A DNA stretch of 64,000 nt from NCBI GenBank assembly GCA_902587145.1, contig CACIKD010000001.1:122805-186804 (forward strand). Reading direction: 5' to 3'. The notes beneath the pieces are model-generated. The model was not told where the DNA came from, ran no database searches, and saw nothing but the letters and a program-made list of their open reading frames with translations. The stretch's first letter is position 1; every line of letters begins with the position of its first letter. Below, in pieces: positions 53,417-63,164 of the stretch. The stretch is from an uncultured Pelagibacteraceae bacterium. Its GTDB lineage: Bacteria; Pseudomonadota; Alphaproteobacteria; Pelagibacterales; Pelagibacteraceae. A program made the translations under genes and the position numbers.

Positions 53417-54526
53417 GTCCGCAGCTAAATCAGTTGGTAGGTTTTTGGTTCTAAAGCTTTCTAAAACTTTTTCAGTATTAGAAATTTGTTTTTTTATTTT
53501 ATTTTGATCTTCTAAAAAACTAGAAACTAATTTATAAATTTCTTTAGGGTTACACTTTGATTGTAATAATTCAGGAATAATCATCTGTCCTGCAGCAATA
53601 TTTAATATATTCGCATATTTAATTTTTACTAACATTTTTACAATTAAAAAGTTAATAAAATTCATCTTGTAAATAATTATTGAAGGTATTTTTCTTTTAC
53701 TTATTTCAAGTGAAATAGTGCCAGATTTTGAAACAGCAAAAATTGATTTTTTTAGTATATGATCTTTAATCTTATCATCAGAAATAATTTCAATATTATT
53801 AATTTGGCTTTTATTAATTATATTTTCTAAATTAGATCTTTGTGCTTTTGTCGAATGAAAAACATATAAAAAATCTTCGTACTTTTCATTCATGAGTTTA
53901 ATAAAGTCTAATAATATTGGAGTAAGTTTTTTAACTTCGCTATCTCTACTTCCTGGAAAAACAGATATAATAGCTTTATTTTTTTTGATAACTTGATTAA
54001 GTTCAATCTTGTCTTCCTTGTTGTTTTCTAAAAGTGGATGACCGACAAACTCACAACTTACATTTTCCTTTTCCCAATATTTTTTTTCAAATTTAAATAA
54101 AAGCAAAATATGATCGATAAATTTTTTAATTTTCTTTACTCTTCCTTCTCTCCACACCCAAACCTGTGGAGCTACAAAATGTATTGTTTTTATATTTGGT
54201 GAATTATTTTTTACCTTTTCAGCAACTCGTAATGTGAAATCTGGACTGTCTACTGAAAACAAAATATCTGGTTTAAACTCTAATATTTTTCGAGAAGTTT
54301 CATTTATTTTTCTCTTAATTGTAAATAAGTTTAGTAATACCCGAGTAAAACCTAAGTATGTTACCTCGCTAAGTTTTGAGATTGAATTTATTCCTAAAGA
54401 TTTAAGTTCTTCTCCACCCAAACAAAGATATGTGATGCTTGGATCTTTAATTTTTAGTTTAGAGATAACTTTAGCAGCTAATTTATCTCCTGAGGGTTCA
54501 CCTGTTAAAATAAAGATTTTCTTCAT
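53396..54526 (-). CDS. lpxB: Lipid-A-disaccharide synthase
   Basis: GEPSGD, DSPDF, PQVWVWR, FVGHPL, PGSR, SGT. Confidence 0.97.
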   Translation of the reverse strand: MKKIFILTGEPSGDKLAAKVISKLKIKDPSITYLCLGGEELKSLGINSISKLSEVTYLGFTRVLLNLFTIKRKINETSRKILEFKPDILFSVDSPDFTLRVAEKVKNNSPNIKTIHFVAPQVWVWREGRVKKIKKFIDHILLLFKFEKKYWEKENVSCEFVGHPLLENNKEDKIELNQVIKKNKAIISVFPGSRDSEVKKLTPILLDFIKLMNEKYEDFLYVFHSTKAQRSNLENIINKSQINNIEIISDDKIKDHILKKSIFAVSKSGTISLEISKRKIPSIIIYKMNFINFLIVKMLVKIKYANILNIAAGQMIIPELLQSKCNPKEIYKLVSSFLEDQNKIKKQISNTEKVLESFRTKNLPTDLAADSIRKSL

Positions 54527-55584
54527 TTAAACATTCTCCAAATACTGCCGTTATCAGAAATTAAGTAAATTTCTCCTGTTTTTTTGTGAATTTTAATATC
54601 TCTTATTCTTCCAATATTTCCCTTAAATATTATTTGTTCAACAACAAATGAGTCTTTAAAACTAATTTTTCTTAATGACTGATCTTTTAACGCTGTAACA
54701 AGTGCATCTCCGTTCCATTCCTTAAATTCTTCCCCTTTGTAAATTGCAATTGCACTTGCTGCTATAGATGGTACCCAGTATTTTATAGCCTTGGTAAATC
54801 CTGGCTTCCATTTTGGACCAATTTTTGTTCCACTATAATTAGTTCCACCCCATCCTAATATTTTCCAACCATAATTTTCACCATAGTTTGCTGTACCAAA
54901 CCAGTCACCTCCCTTTGCGCCATGATTACTTAAATAAATTTTATCATCAAAAGGTGATAAAGCCATTCCTTGAGGATTTCTTACACCTATCTGGTAAATT
55001 TCAGGTAACCAATTATTTTTATTTTTAAACTTTGGATTATCTTTTGGGATAGACCCATCTAAATTTATTCTAATAATACTGCCAGGATGCTTTTGAGGAT
55101 CCTGGGCAATCATTCCTTCGCCTCTTTCCCCGGCTGTAATAAAAAGTTTGTCTTTTTTTATAACTAATCGTGAACCAAAATGGTATCCAGAATTAATAGG
55201 GGGTTCAGCTCTAAAAATATTTTTAAAACTTATATTTTTGTTGTTGAATACTCCTCTTGCAACAGACGTGCTAGAATGCCAATTACCTCTATTTTCAGAA
55301 TATGAAACATAAACATATTCATCATGAAATAAAACATCTAACAAACCACCTTGTCCATCTTCTAATACAGATAAATTATGTTTTATGACCGATTTTGTTT
55401 TATCTTTTAAATTTACAACTAAAAGATTTCCAGGTTTTTCTGTAATTAAAATATTAGTTTCATCAATGAAAGATAAACTCCATGGTTTGTTCAACCCATC
55501 GAATATTTTGATAAGTTTTATTTCTGATGAATATGAGTAGGAAAAGGTGAAATATATTAAAAGTGATAAGAACGTTTTTTTCAT
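54523..55584 (-). CDS. PQQ-dependent sugar (aldose) dehydrogenase, YliI/Asd-like, with signal peptide
   Basis: PWSLSF, GQGGLLDV, HFGSRL, GERG, GVRNPQG, NYGW, GRIRD. Confidence 0.9.
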   Translation of the reverse strand: MKKTFLSLLIYFTFSYSYSSEIKLIKIFDGLNKPWSLSFIDETNILITEKPGNLLVVNLKDKTKSVIKHNLSVLEDGQGGLLDVLFHDEYVYVSYSENRGNWHSSTSVARGVFNNKNISFKNIFRAEPPINSGYHFGSRLVIKKDKLFITAGERGEGMIAQDPQKHPGSIIRINLDGSIPKDNPKFKNKNNWLPEIYQIGVRNPQGMALSPFDDKIYLSNHGAKGGDWFGTANYGENYGWKILGWGGTNYSGTKIGPKWKPGFTKAIKYWVPSIAASAIAIYKGEEFKEWNGDALVTALKDQSLRKISFKDSFVVEQIIFKGNIGRIRDIKIHKKTGEIYLISDNGSIWRMFK

Positions 55585-56375
55585 TTTGATAAAATAAACA
55601 TTTTGTTTTTATTTGCAAAATTAATACATTTTTTTCTCTCTAAAAAAATATTTTGCTTATTCTTTACAACAATACCTTTTAAGCCTGCTAACTTACATTG
55701 TTTTAAAGTTTTCAATCCAATAGTTGGTAAATCAACTCTTAAGTCTTGTTTTTTTTTGGGAAATTTGACTAGTACTCCATTATTTTTAAATTTCTTATTT
55801 TTCGATCTTTTTAATAAATTTTGAGTACCTCCTCTTCCTTCAATAGCTATAAGTTTATTGTTTCTGACTACTGTGCCTTGGCTGAAGTTATATTTATTCA
55901 ATTTATTTAATATTAAAATAGCCTTATTAATATCAGCATTATCAACTTTGTTTGGTTTAATTTTTGTATAGATACCTTTTTTTAAAGTTAGCTCTGGACT
56001 AAAAAACAAAGAGCTTATGGTAATAATCTTTTCTCTTTTAAAGATTTCAATTATTTCTTTTAAAATAGCTGCATCACCTATCCTAGAGCTTTTTATAATT
56101 CGTGGCATGTAATAAACACCCTTAAAGTCTAATCTTAACTTAAAAAAATTGGGTTTTGTTACTTTTCCTGCAAAGAGTACCTTTTTGCATCTATTTTCTT
56201 TAAGTAAATTTATAATTTTTCCAAATTGACCAATAGATACTTTTTTAGAGTTTTTATCTTTTTTAAATGTCCTTTTTTTACTTAAATCTATAATTAAATA
56301 TTTTAATTTTTTTCTTTTAATTTTTTTTAGTATTTCTTTTGGAAAATCAGTATCTCCGAATATTAGTCCAATCAT
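55581..56375 (-). CDS. lpxI: UDP-2,3-diacylglucosamine pyrophosphatase LpxI
   Basis: IGLIFG, GD..IL, QG.VV, AIEG..GT, QDLRVDLPTIG. Confidence 0.93.
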   Translation of the reverse strand: MIGLIFGDTDFPKEILKKIKRKKLKYLIIDLSKKRTFKKDKNSKKVSIGQFGKIINLLKENRCKKVLFAGKVTKPNFFKLRLDFKGVYYMPRIIKSSRIGDAAILKEIIEIFKREKIITISSLFFSPELTLKKGIYTKIKPNKVDNADINKAILILNKLNKYNFSQGTVVRNNKLIAIEGRGGTQNLLKRSKNKKFKNNGVLVKFPKKKQDLRVDLPTIGLKTLKQCKLAGLKGIVVKNKQNIFLERKKCINFANKNKMFILSK

Positions 56376-57157
56376 TATTTAGATAATGGTGTGCAAATAG
56401 GTCTTTTTTTATCCTTGGCTATAAAATCTATAACTTCTTTAACTAAATCATTTGTCTTAAATTCACTGTTTATTTTAGCTAAATTTTCGTGAAGTTTATC
56501 TGACGAGAAGATTTTTTTATAAGCTGTATCTAATTCTAAAATTTTTTTGTTTTCATATTTTTTTCTTCTCAGCCCAATTAAGTTTATACCCTGCAAGTAA
56601 TTTCTATTACCAAATGATAGTCCGAATGGAATAACGTCTTTAAGTACTCCGGTCATACCTCCTATCATTGCCAATCTTCCTATTCTTGTAAATTGCTGTA
56701 CTGCTGAATTTCCTCCAATAACAACTGAATCTTCCAATGTAACATGTCCTCCTAATGGAACGTTGTTAGCTATGACAACATTATTACCAACTTTACAATC
56801 ATGAGCAATGTGTGAGGAGATCATGAATAGACAATTGTTTCCAATTTGAGTTTTGCCTCCTCCTCCTTTTGTGCCTGGATTTATTGTTACATATTCTCTA
56901 ATAATGTTGTTCTCACCGATTGAAACGCTATTTGTTTCTCCTTCAAACTTTAAATCCTGTGGATTGGTTCCTATACTTGCAAATGGGAAAATTTTTGTAC
57001 CTTTGCCTATTTTGGTATTTCCTTCTATGTGCACATTAGAAATTAATTCTACGTCTTGTTGAAGCTCTACGTTGGGTCCAATATAACAAAAGGGACCTAT
57101 TTTAACGTTTTTCCCAATGTTTGCTTTTTGATCTATAACACTCGAACTATGTATCAT
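56375..57157 (-). CDS. lpxA: UDP-N-acetylglucosamine acyltransferase
   Basis: Hexapeptide repeats, PQDLKF, IREYVTI, HIAHDC. Confidence 0.98.
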   Translation of the reverse strand: MIHSSSVIDQKANIGKNVKIGPFCYIGPNVELQQDVELISNVHIEGNTKIGKGTKIFPFASIGTNPQDLKFEGETNSVSIGENNIIREYVTINPGTKGGGGKTQIGNNCLFMISSHIAHDCKVGNNVVIANNVPLGGHVTLEDSVVIGGNSAVQQFTRIGRLAMIGGMTGVLKDVIPFGLSFGNRNYLQGINLIGLRRKKYENKKILELDTAYKKIFSSDKLHENLAKINSEFKTNDLVKEVIDFIAKDKKRPICTPLSK

Positions 57158-57158
57158 T

Positions 57159-57614
57159 TTATTTCCTGTCTACTATAGTCGCTGACCATTCTGCATCTGC
57201 CATTCTTTTTCCATCAACTTTAGCTGTTCCTTTATATTTCCAAACTCTACCGTGAGATCTTATAGCTTCTATTTCCAAATGCAGCTCACAATCTGGTAAA
57301 ACTGGATTTCTAAATTTAGCTTTTTCAACACTCATCAGATATACTAATTTATTATCGTACTCCTTTGGATCTATACCACATGCTGTTAATGCTGCAGCTG
57401 CTTGACCAAAAGCCTCTACAATTAAAACTCCTGGCATTACTGGTTGACCAGGAAAATGTCCCTGAACATAAAATCCATCTTTTTTTACATTCATTATTGC
57501 AGTAGCAGACTTTAAATGAACAATCTTTGTAAGTTTATCTATAAGTAACATAGGTGCTCTATGTGGAAGTAATTGTTCAATTTCTTTTCTATCTATGGAG
57601 TCTTTTCTAATCAT
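57159..57614 (-). CDS. fabZ: 3-hydroxyacyl-ACP dehydratase
   Basis: LPHRAPMLLID, GHFPGQPVMPGVLIVE. Confidence 0.98.
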   Translation of the reverse strand: MIRKDSIDRKEIEQLLPHRAPMLLIDKLTKIVHLKSATAIMNVKKDGFYVQGHFPGQPVMPGVLIVEAFGQAAAALTACGIDPKEYDNKLVYLMSVEKAKFRNPVLPDCELHLEIEAIRSHGRVWKYKGTAKVDGKRMADAEWSATIVDRK

Positions 57615-57615
57615 T

Positions 57616-58575
57616 TTAATTTTTCTTTAAAAATTCTTTGAGTGGAACTGCGGGATATCCCATGACAATAGTATCATCAGGAATATCTTTTACCACACCA
57701 CTACCTCCACCAATTTTTACATTATTTCCAATTTTTAGGTGTCCTGAAATTCCAGCTTGCCCCCCTATTGAAACATTGTTTCCTAATGTTGAGCTCCCTG
57801 CAAATCCTACTTGACCTGCTATCATACAATTTTCTCCAACTTTTACGTTATGTGCCATATGAACCTGGTTATCTAAGAAAGTATTTTTTCCAATTATAGT
57901 GTCACCAATTGATCCTCTATCAATAGTACACGAAGCGCCTACTTCTACATTGTCTTCTAAAATTGTTTTACCTATGTGTGGGACTCTAAAATTTTTACCT
58001 TTAAGAGGGATAAACCCAAAGCCCTTTAAGCCTATTTTGGCTCCATCTTGAATAACTACATTATCGCCTATGACAGAATTCTTAATCATAATTTGTGAAC
58101 CGATTGTACAATTTTTACCTAATATAACATTCTGCTCTATAATTGTATTGCTTCCTATTATAGTTGATTTACCTATTTTTACATTTTTTCCAATTAAAAC
58201 ATTATTACCAAATTTTACCCCAGGAAATTTAGATTTTTTAGGTTTTTTTAGGGAATTATCAGGATAATCCAGATCTGCAAAAGGATAAAATTTTGAAGTA
58301 ACCTTTGCTAATTCAAATAATACACTTTTCACAATTATAACTTCGCAATTTTTTGGGAGATAATCTTTTAAATTTTCTTTAGTGATACAACAGCTAGCTT
58401 TAGTTTTTTTTGCTGAATCTTTATAATTTATAGAGTCAAAAAATGTTAAATCAGATTTACCTGCTTTATCTAAAGTTTTTATATCTTTTATGATAATTTT
58501 TGATTTTGGCTGTTCTGGAAATAATATATTTAATTTAAAAGGTCCCTTACTTTCAAAAAAAAAATTTTTTGACAT
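57616..58575 (-). CDS. lpxD: UDP-3-O-acylglucosamine N-acyltransferase
   Basis: GFGF, IDRG, DNQVHMAHNV, hexapeptide repeats. Confidence 0.97.
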   Translation of the reverse strand: MSKNFFFESKGPFKLNILFPEQPKSKIIIKDIKTLDKAGKSDLTFFDSINYKDSAKKTKASCCITKENLKDYLPKNCEVIIVKSVLFELAKVTSKFYPFADLDYPDNSLKKPKKSKFPGVKFGNNVLIGKNVKIGKSTIIGSNTIIEQNVILGKNCTIGSQIMIKNSVIGDNVVIQDGAKIGLKGFGFIPLKGKNFRVPHIGKTILEDNVEVGASCTIDRGSIGDTIIGKNTFLDNQVHMAHNVKVGENCMIAGQVGFAGSSTLGNNVSIGGQAGISGHLKIGNNVKIGGGSGVVKDIPDDTIVMGYPAVPLKEFLKKN

Positions 58576-59102
58576 TAATTTAAATTTATCGATTTAAATT
58601 CCTTATTTAAAATTTCAATAATTTGAGAAGTAATTTCAAATTTTTTATTACCCATCAAGACGTTTTTTTTATCAATTACGACTGTAATATTATTTTCTTC
58701 CATATATTTACCAAGAATTGGATTTAATTTTTTTAACATTTCATCGCCTGCCTTTTTTCTTTTTGCTGCAACGTCTCTTATTAATTTGTCTCTTCCTTTA
58801 TTTAATTCGAAAACCTTTTTTCTTAAAGAGTCAGCTTTTTTTTTGTATTCTTCTTTAGAAAGAGCATTTTTTTGACTAATAATTTTATTTTCCTCATCTT
58901 TTAATTTTTTGGCTGTATCATTAAATTTCTTATTAGAATTATTAAGAAAATTTTTTAAATAATCTTGAGCCTTTTTGCCGGCTGTGCTTTCGTTCATAAC
59001 TTTTGAATAATCGATAAAGTATACATCACTCGCAAAAAGTCTCTTTTCTATTGGTAGTATAAAAGTAAGTAAAACTATTAGTATTATTGATTTTTTTTTC
59101 AT
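58575..59102 (-). CDS. skp: Skp/OmpH periplasmic chaperone
   Basis: Signal peptide, coiled coil, EIT..II..LN ending; between bamA and lpxD. Confidence 0.88.
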   Translation of the reverse strand: MKKKSIILIVLLTFILPIEKRLFASDVYFIDYSKVMNESTAGKKAQDYLKNFLNNSNKKFNDTAKKLKDEENKIISQKNALSKEEYKKKADSLRKKVFELNKGRDKLIRDVAAKRKKAGDEMLKKLNPILGKYMEENNITVVIDKKNVLMGNKKFEITSQIIEILNKEFKSINLN

Positions 59103-61330
59103 TAAAAAGTTGTTCCTAATCTAAAGTTAAAAGACTCAGTCACATCGGTTGAGGCTTTTGATAGATTATTTGAAAAAATGAAAGACATTGGTCCCGCTGG
59201 TGAAATCCAACTGGTATTGATTCCAAAAGTTGACCTTATTTTATTAGAGTCATCAATCACGTCACTGTAATCAACTCCCCAAACATTTCCTGCATCTAAA
59301 AATAAACCTATTTCTGCGTTACTTTTTTCAGGAAAAAAATTTGGAAAGTTAGCCTCTAAATTTAAAGATGTTGAGTAATTACCTCCTACATAATCACTGC
59401 CGTCTTTTGGACCTACCTTTCCTGCCTCAAAGCCTCTTAATTGCCTCGAGCTTAAATATAATCTTTGACTTATTTTTACATCATCATCCCCAATACCATT
59501 CACTGTAGCAGCTCTAAACTTTAAAGCTCCTACTATATCTTCATTTATTTCTTTATAATGGCTTGTAGCGAAACCATTTTTTATATGAGGTTGATCAGAA
59601 TAAAATGGAATTTCTTGAGAAAAAGAAGTGTAGTAACCTGATGTTGGCATAAATCTTCTGTCTCTTTTATCAGTAGATACAGAATAATCGAACATTAAAT
59701 CAGTAGAAGTTCCTTCTTGTTTTTTTAATAAAGTTGACGCTGAGCTATCTGTTGTAAGATCATCAAAAACTAAACTGATGCCTGGAGATAAATATATGTC
59801 TTTAAATTTTTCATAAGTAATACTTATTCCGCCGCCTAGAACATTATTTTCATAACCTGAATCAGGTTTATCATTTTTTTCATTTTGAAAATAGTATGTT
59901 AACTCTCTGCCAGTAAAATTATAATCAGGATTTGTAATAAAGAGTGAACCTTTAATAGAATCTGCTCTAATATCTGCAGATGCTGATAACGACACACCTT
60001 TACCTAACCAGTTGTTCTCCCTAATGTTAAAAGCAAAAGAACCTCCATCTGTACCAATACCTGCTCCAGCGCTTATCTCTCCAGTTGGCTTTTCTTCAAC
60101 AACAATTTTAATTTTCTTAGAATTAGGCATAGAACCATCACTTGTAGTTTCTTTAACAGAAGCGAATATATCTTTACTTTTAATTTGAGAAATAGATTTA
60201 TCTATTTTTACCTTGCTATAGGGATCTCCTTCATCTAACAACAAACTACTTCTAATAACAGTTTCATTAGTTACAGTGTTTCCCATAATATCAATTTTTT
60301 CAACAACAACTTTCTCACCCTCTGTAACATTTATTATTAATTCTATGGTGTCTTCCTTGAGAATCTCATTTACATTATGCTCGATAAACTGAAGATCCTC
60401 ATTGTTTATAATTAAATCTAATTCATCTAATAATTTTTTAACTGTAAAAGGAGAATAATATTCCCCAATTGTTTTTTTATATATGTTGTTTAATGGTAAA
60501 AATAATTTTTTATCCAGTACTTGGTCTACATTTGTACTTATTTTACTTATTCTATATCTTGTGCCAGCATTAATGTTAAATGTAATTTCAGCTAAAAAAT
60601 TATCTTTAACTTCTACAATTTCAGATAATACTTTAACATCATAATATCCAATAGACTTATAGTAGTTCGTTAATAATCTTTTATCCAGCTCAATGTTAGA
60701 TTGATTTAAATTTGTATTTCTGGTTAAAACTTTCCAAAACTTTGCCTCTTGCGAAGTAATAATATCTCTTAATCTTCTATCTCTAATTTTTTTGTCACCT
60801 TTAAAATTAATTTTTGATATTTTTGTTTTTTCTCCTTTGTCTAATTCAAAATATACATTTACTATTTTGTTTGGAAATTTTTCCACTTTAGACTTAACTT
60901 CCACAAAATTATAACCTAAAGAGGAATATAATTTTTTAATAGTAGTCTCATCATCAGATATTAGTGATTTTGCAAAAGGACCGTTTTTTTTCGATTTAAT
61001 TTGTTTTTTAATTTGTTCCTTAAACTTATTAGCGGTTTCTCCAACTATTATAATTTCATTTATAATTGGATACTCAATTAGTTTTATGAATAAAGTATTA
61101 TTGGATACCGAAACTTTAATGTCTTCAAAAAAATTTGTTGAATAAAGATTTTTAATTATTTCATTTATTTTAATTTGATCTACATTTTGATTTATAGAGA
61201 TATCTCCATATACTTTTACCGTTTCGTCGCTTACCCTGTTGTTTCCTGTTATATCTATTTTCTTGATTATCTCTGCTGAAAGATAATTGGTAAATAGTAT
61301 GAAATATAATAATATTAATATTCTTTTCAT
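59102..61330 (-). CDS. bamA: Outer membrane protein assembly factor BamA
   Basis: POTRA repeats (GNNRV, GY), LRGF loop motif, SPAGP, terminal F. Confidence 0.97.
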   Translation of the reverse strand: MKRILILLYFILFTNYLSAEIIKKIDITGNNRVSDETVKVYGDISINQNVDQIKINEIIKNLYSTNFFEDIKVSVSNNTLFIKLIEYPIINEIIIVGETANKFKEQIKKQIKSKKNGPFAKSLISDDETTIKKLYSSLGYNFVEVKSKVEKFPNKIVNVYFELDKGEKTKISKINFKGDKKIRDRRLRDIITSQEAKFWKVLTRNTNLNQSNIELDKRLLTNYYKSIGYYDVKVLSEIVEVKDNFLAEITFNINAGTRYRISKISTNVDQVLDKKLFLPLNNIYKKTIGEYYSPFTVKKLLDELDLIINNEDLQFIEHNVNEILKEDTIELIINVTEGEKVVVEKIDIMGNTVTNETVIRSSLLLDEGDPYSKVKIDKSISQIKSKDIFASVKETTSDGSMPNSKKIKIVVEEKPTGEISAGAGIGTDGGSFAFNIRENNWLGKGVSLSASADIRADSIKGSLFITNPDYNFTGRELTYYFQNEKNDKPDSGYENNVLGGGISITYEKFKDIYLSPGISLVFDDLTTDSSASTLLKKQEGTSTDLMFDYSVSTDKRDRRFMPTSGYYTSFSQEIPFYSDQPHIKNGFATSHYKEINEDIVGALKFRAATVNGIGDDDVKISQRLYLSSRQLRGFEAGKVGPKDGSDYVGGNYSTSLNLEANFPNFFPEKSNAEIGLFLDAGNVWGVDYSDVIDDSNKIRSTFGINTSWISPAGPMSFIFSNNLSKASTDVTESFNFRLGTTF

Positions 61331-62508
61331 TTTTTGTTATTTAAAATTTTTATAGCTTTACTTCTTGTCCATTCGTCAATACTTAAAATTGTTTTTAAAT
61401 TTGAGGGTTTTTTTATAGCATATTTTCTGATTTTTGGGTCTTTTAAAAGGTGAAACAAATAATTAATAATTGAGCAAAAACTCATATTTTTTTTTAAAAA
61501 TTGATCAACAAATATTTCATTAGCTGCATTTAATATAATAGGTAGTGAATTGTATTTGTCCAATATAGGTTTAAGCTTAATAGCTGGAAATTTTTTTTTA
61601 TCAACATTTAAAAAATTAAGATCTTTGATTAAGTAATTTTTTTTAACTTTAATTTTTGTATTAAAGTGTTTTTTTATTTCAAAATTTTTTTCAAATAGAG
61701 CATTTCCAATTGGTATAGACATATCAGTTTCAAAATATAAAAATTTGTATAAACCGTTTTTGAATTTAATTATAGCATGTACCAGTGACTGAGGATGTAT
61801 TAAAATATCAATTTTATTTATTTCAATAGAAAATAATTTATGAGCTTCAATAACTTCAAATATTTTATTCATAAGTGTAGCTGAGTCGATTGATATTTTT
61901 TTTCCCATTTTCCATTTAGGGTGATTTAATGCCTCTGAAGGTTTAATAGTTTTCATTTTTGATAAAGGATATTTTAAAAAAGGGCCGCCAGATGCTGTTA
62001 GATAAATTTTTTCAATATCATTTTTATTTGATTGTTCAATTAATTTCATAATTGAAAAATGTTCAGAGTCTACCGGAAAAGTTTTCACTTTATATTTTTT
62101 TATTAACTTGTTTATTATATTCCAACCACAGATAATAGACTCTTTGTTTGCAATAAGTATCTTTTTGCTTACTTGTATACATTTTAAAGTAGGTTCTAAC
62201 CCCGCTATGCCTGGAATTGCAAGAATTGAAATATCAGATTTTTTAAAATTAAAATGATTAAAATCTTTTGAACTTAAAATTTTTACTTTATTCTTTAGAT
62301 TTTCTTTTTTGACTCTTTGAAATGTATAATCATCAAAAATGACAAAAAATTTTGGTTTATATCTTTTTATCAAATATTTAATTTTTTTATAATTTTTATA
62401 ACCGCTTAAAATATAATAGCTGTATTCTTTGTTTTTTTTATTTAAAAGTTTTAGTGTTGTGTCACCAATGGAACCGGTGCACCCTAATATTGTTAATTTT
62501 TTTTTCAT
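61327..62508 (-). CDS. dxr: 1-deoxy-D-xylulose 5-phosphate reductoisomerase
   Basis: LGCTGSIG, ANKES, PVDSEH, TASGGPF, HPKWKMGKKISIDSAT. Confidence 0.97.
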   Translation of the reverse strand: MKKKLTILGCTGSIGDTTLKLLNKKNKEYSYYILSGYKNYKKIKYLIKRYKPKFFVIFDDYTFQRVKKENLKNKVKILSSKDFNHFNFKKSDISILAIPGIAGLEPTLKCIQVSKKILIANKESIICGWNIINKLIKKYKVKTFPVDSEHFSIMKLIEQSNKNDIEKIYLTASGGPFLKYPLSKMKTIKPSEALNHPKWKMGKKISIDSATLMNKIFEVIEAHKLFSIEINKIDILIHPQSLVHAIIKFKNGLYKFLYFETDMSIPIGNALFEKNFEIKKHFNTKIKVKKNYLIKDLNFLNVDKKKFPAIKLKPILDKYNSLPIILNAANEIFVDQFLKKNMSFCSIINYLFHLLKDPKIRKYAIKKPSNLKTILSIDEWTRSKAIKILNNKK

Positions 62509-63164
62509 CCTGTAAATACTAAAATTAAAATATATACTAAACCTATCGGTATTCCCAATAAGATGCCATCAATTCTATCTAAGATTCCACCATGTCCTGG
62601 TAAAATATTTCCAGTGTTTTTTAATGATGCTTTTCTTTTTAAAAATGAAAAAAATAAATCTCCTAATTGAACGCTTAATGAAACAAAAAAACCAAGTAAA
62701 ATATTATTTAGCAATTCTGTATTAAAAACATAATCCAGTAGTATCGAGCTTGTTAACATCGAAAAAATAAAAGAACCCAAGCTTCCAGATATTGTTTTGT
62801 TAGGACTAATTTTTGTTAGTTTTGGCCCTTTAAATATTTTGCCAAAAAGAATTCCTCCAATATCAGAAGATATACAAATTAGTAATATGATAAATAAGAT
62901 GATTTTAAAATGAATATCATTAAGACCATATATAAAAATTAATAAAAATAAAAACATGTATGTCGCAAAAGTAGAGTTAATAATAAATTGTTTAAATTTT
63001 TTTTTTTTTAGAAATAACTTGGATAATTTTGTAAATTCGATAAAAGATAATGAAAAAATACATATAGAGAAAAATAAATAAATTGTTTTACTGACAAACA
63101 TTAAAATTAATAAAAAAAACAATATTAAACCTGTGTTAATTCTTTTATAGATTTCAGATTTCAT
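62505..63164 (-). CDS. cdsA: Phosphatidate cytidylyltransferase
   Basis: SDIGG, ISPNKT, LPGHGGILDRIDG. Confidence 0.97.
   Translation of the reverse strand: MKSEIYKRINTGLILFFLLILMFVSKTIYLFFSICIFSLSFIEFTKLSKLFLKKKKFKQFIINSTFATYMFLFLLIFIYGLNDIHFKIILFIILLICISSDIGGILFGKIFKGPKLTKISPNKTISGSLGSFIFSMLTSSILLDYVFNTELLNNILLGFFVSLSVQLGDLFFSFLKRKASLKNTGNILPGHGGILDRIDGILLGIPIGLVYILILVFTG

Noticed and set aside
2951-58267. Numerous 60-150 aa ORFs antisense to or nested in housekeeping genes (e.g. 6031-6423, 17963-18331, 27590-28045, 42051-42419, 50842-51261)
   Set aside because: They lie within well-identified genes, are Phe/Leu/Ile/Ser-rich as expected from the reverse complement of Lys/Glu-rich coding sequence, and show no recognisable motifs.
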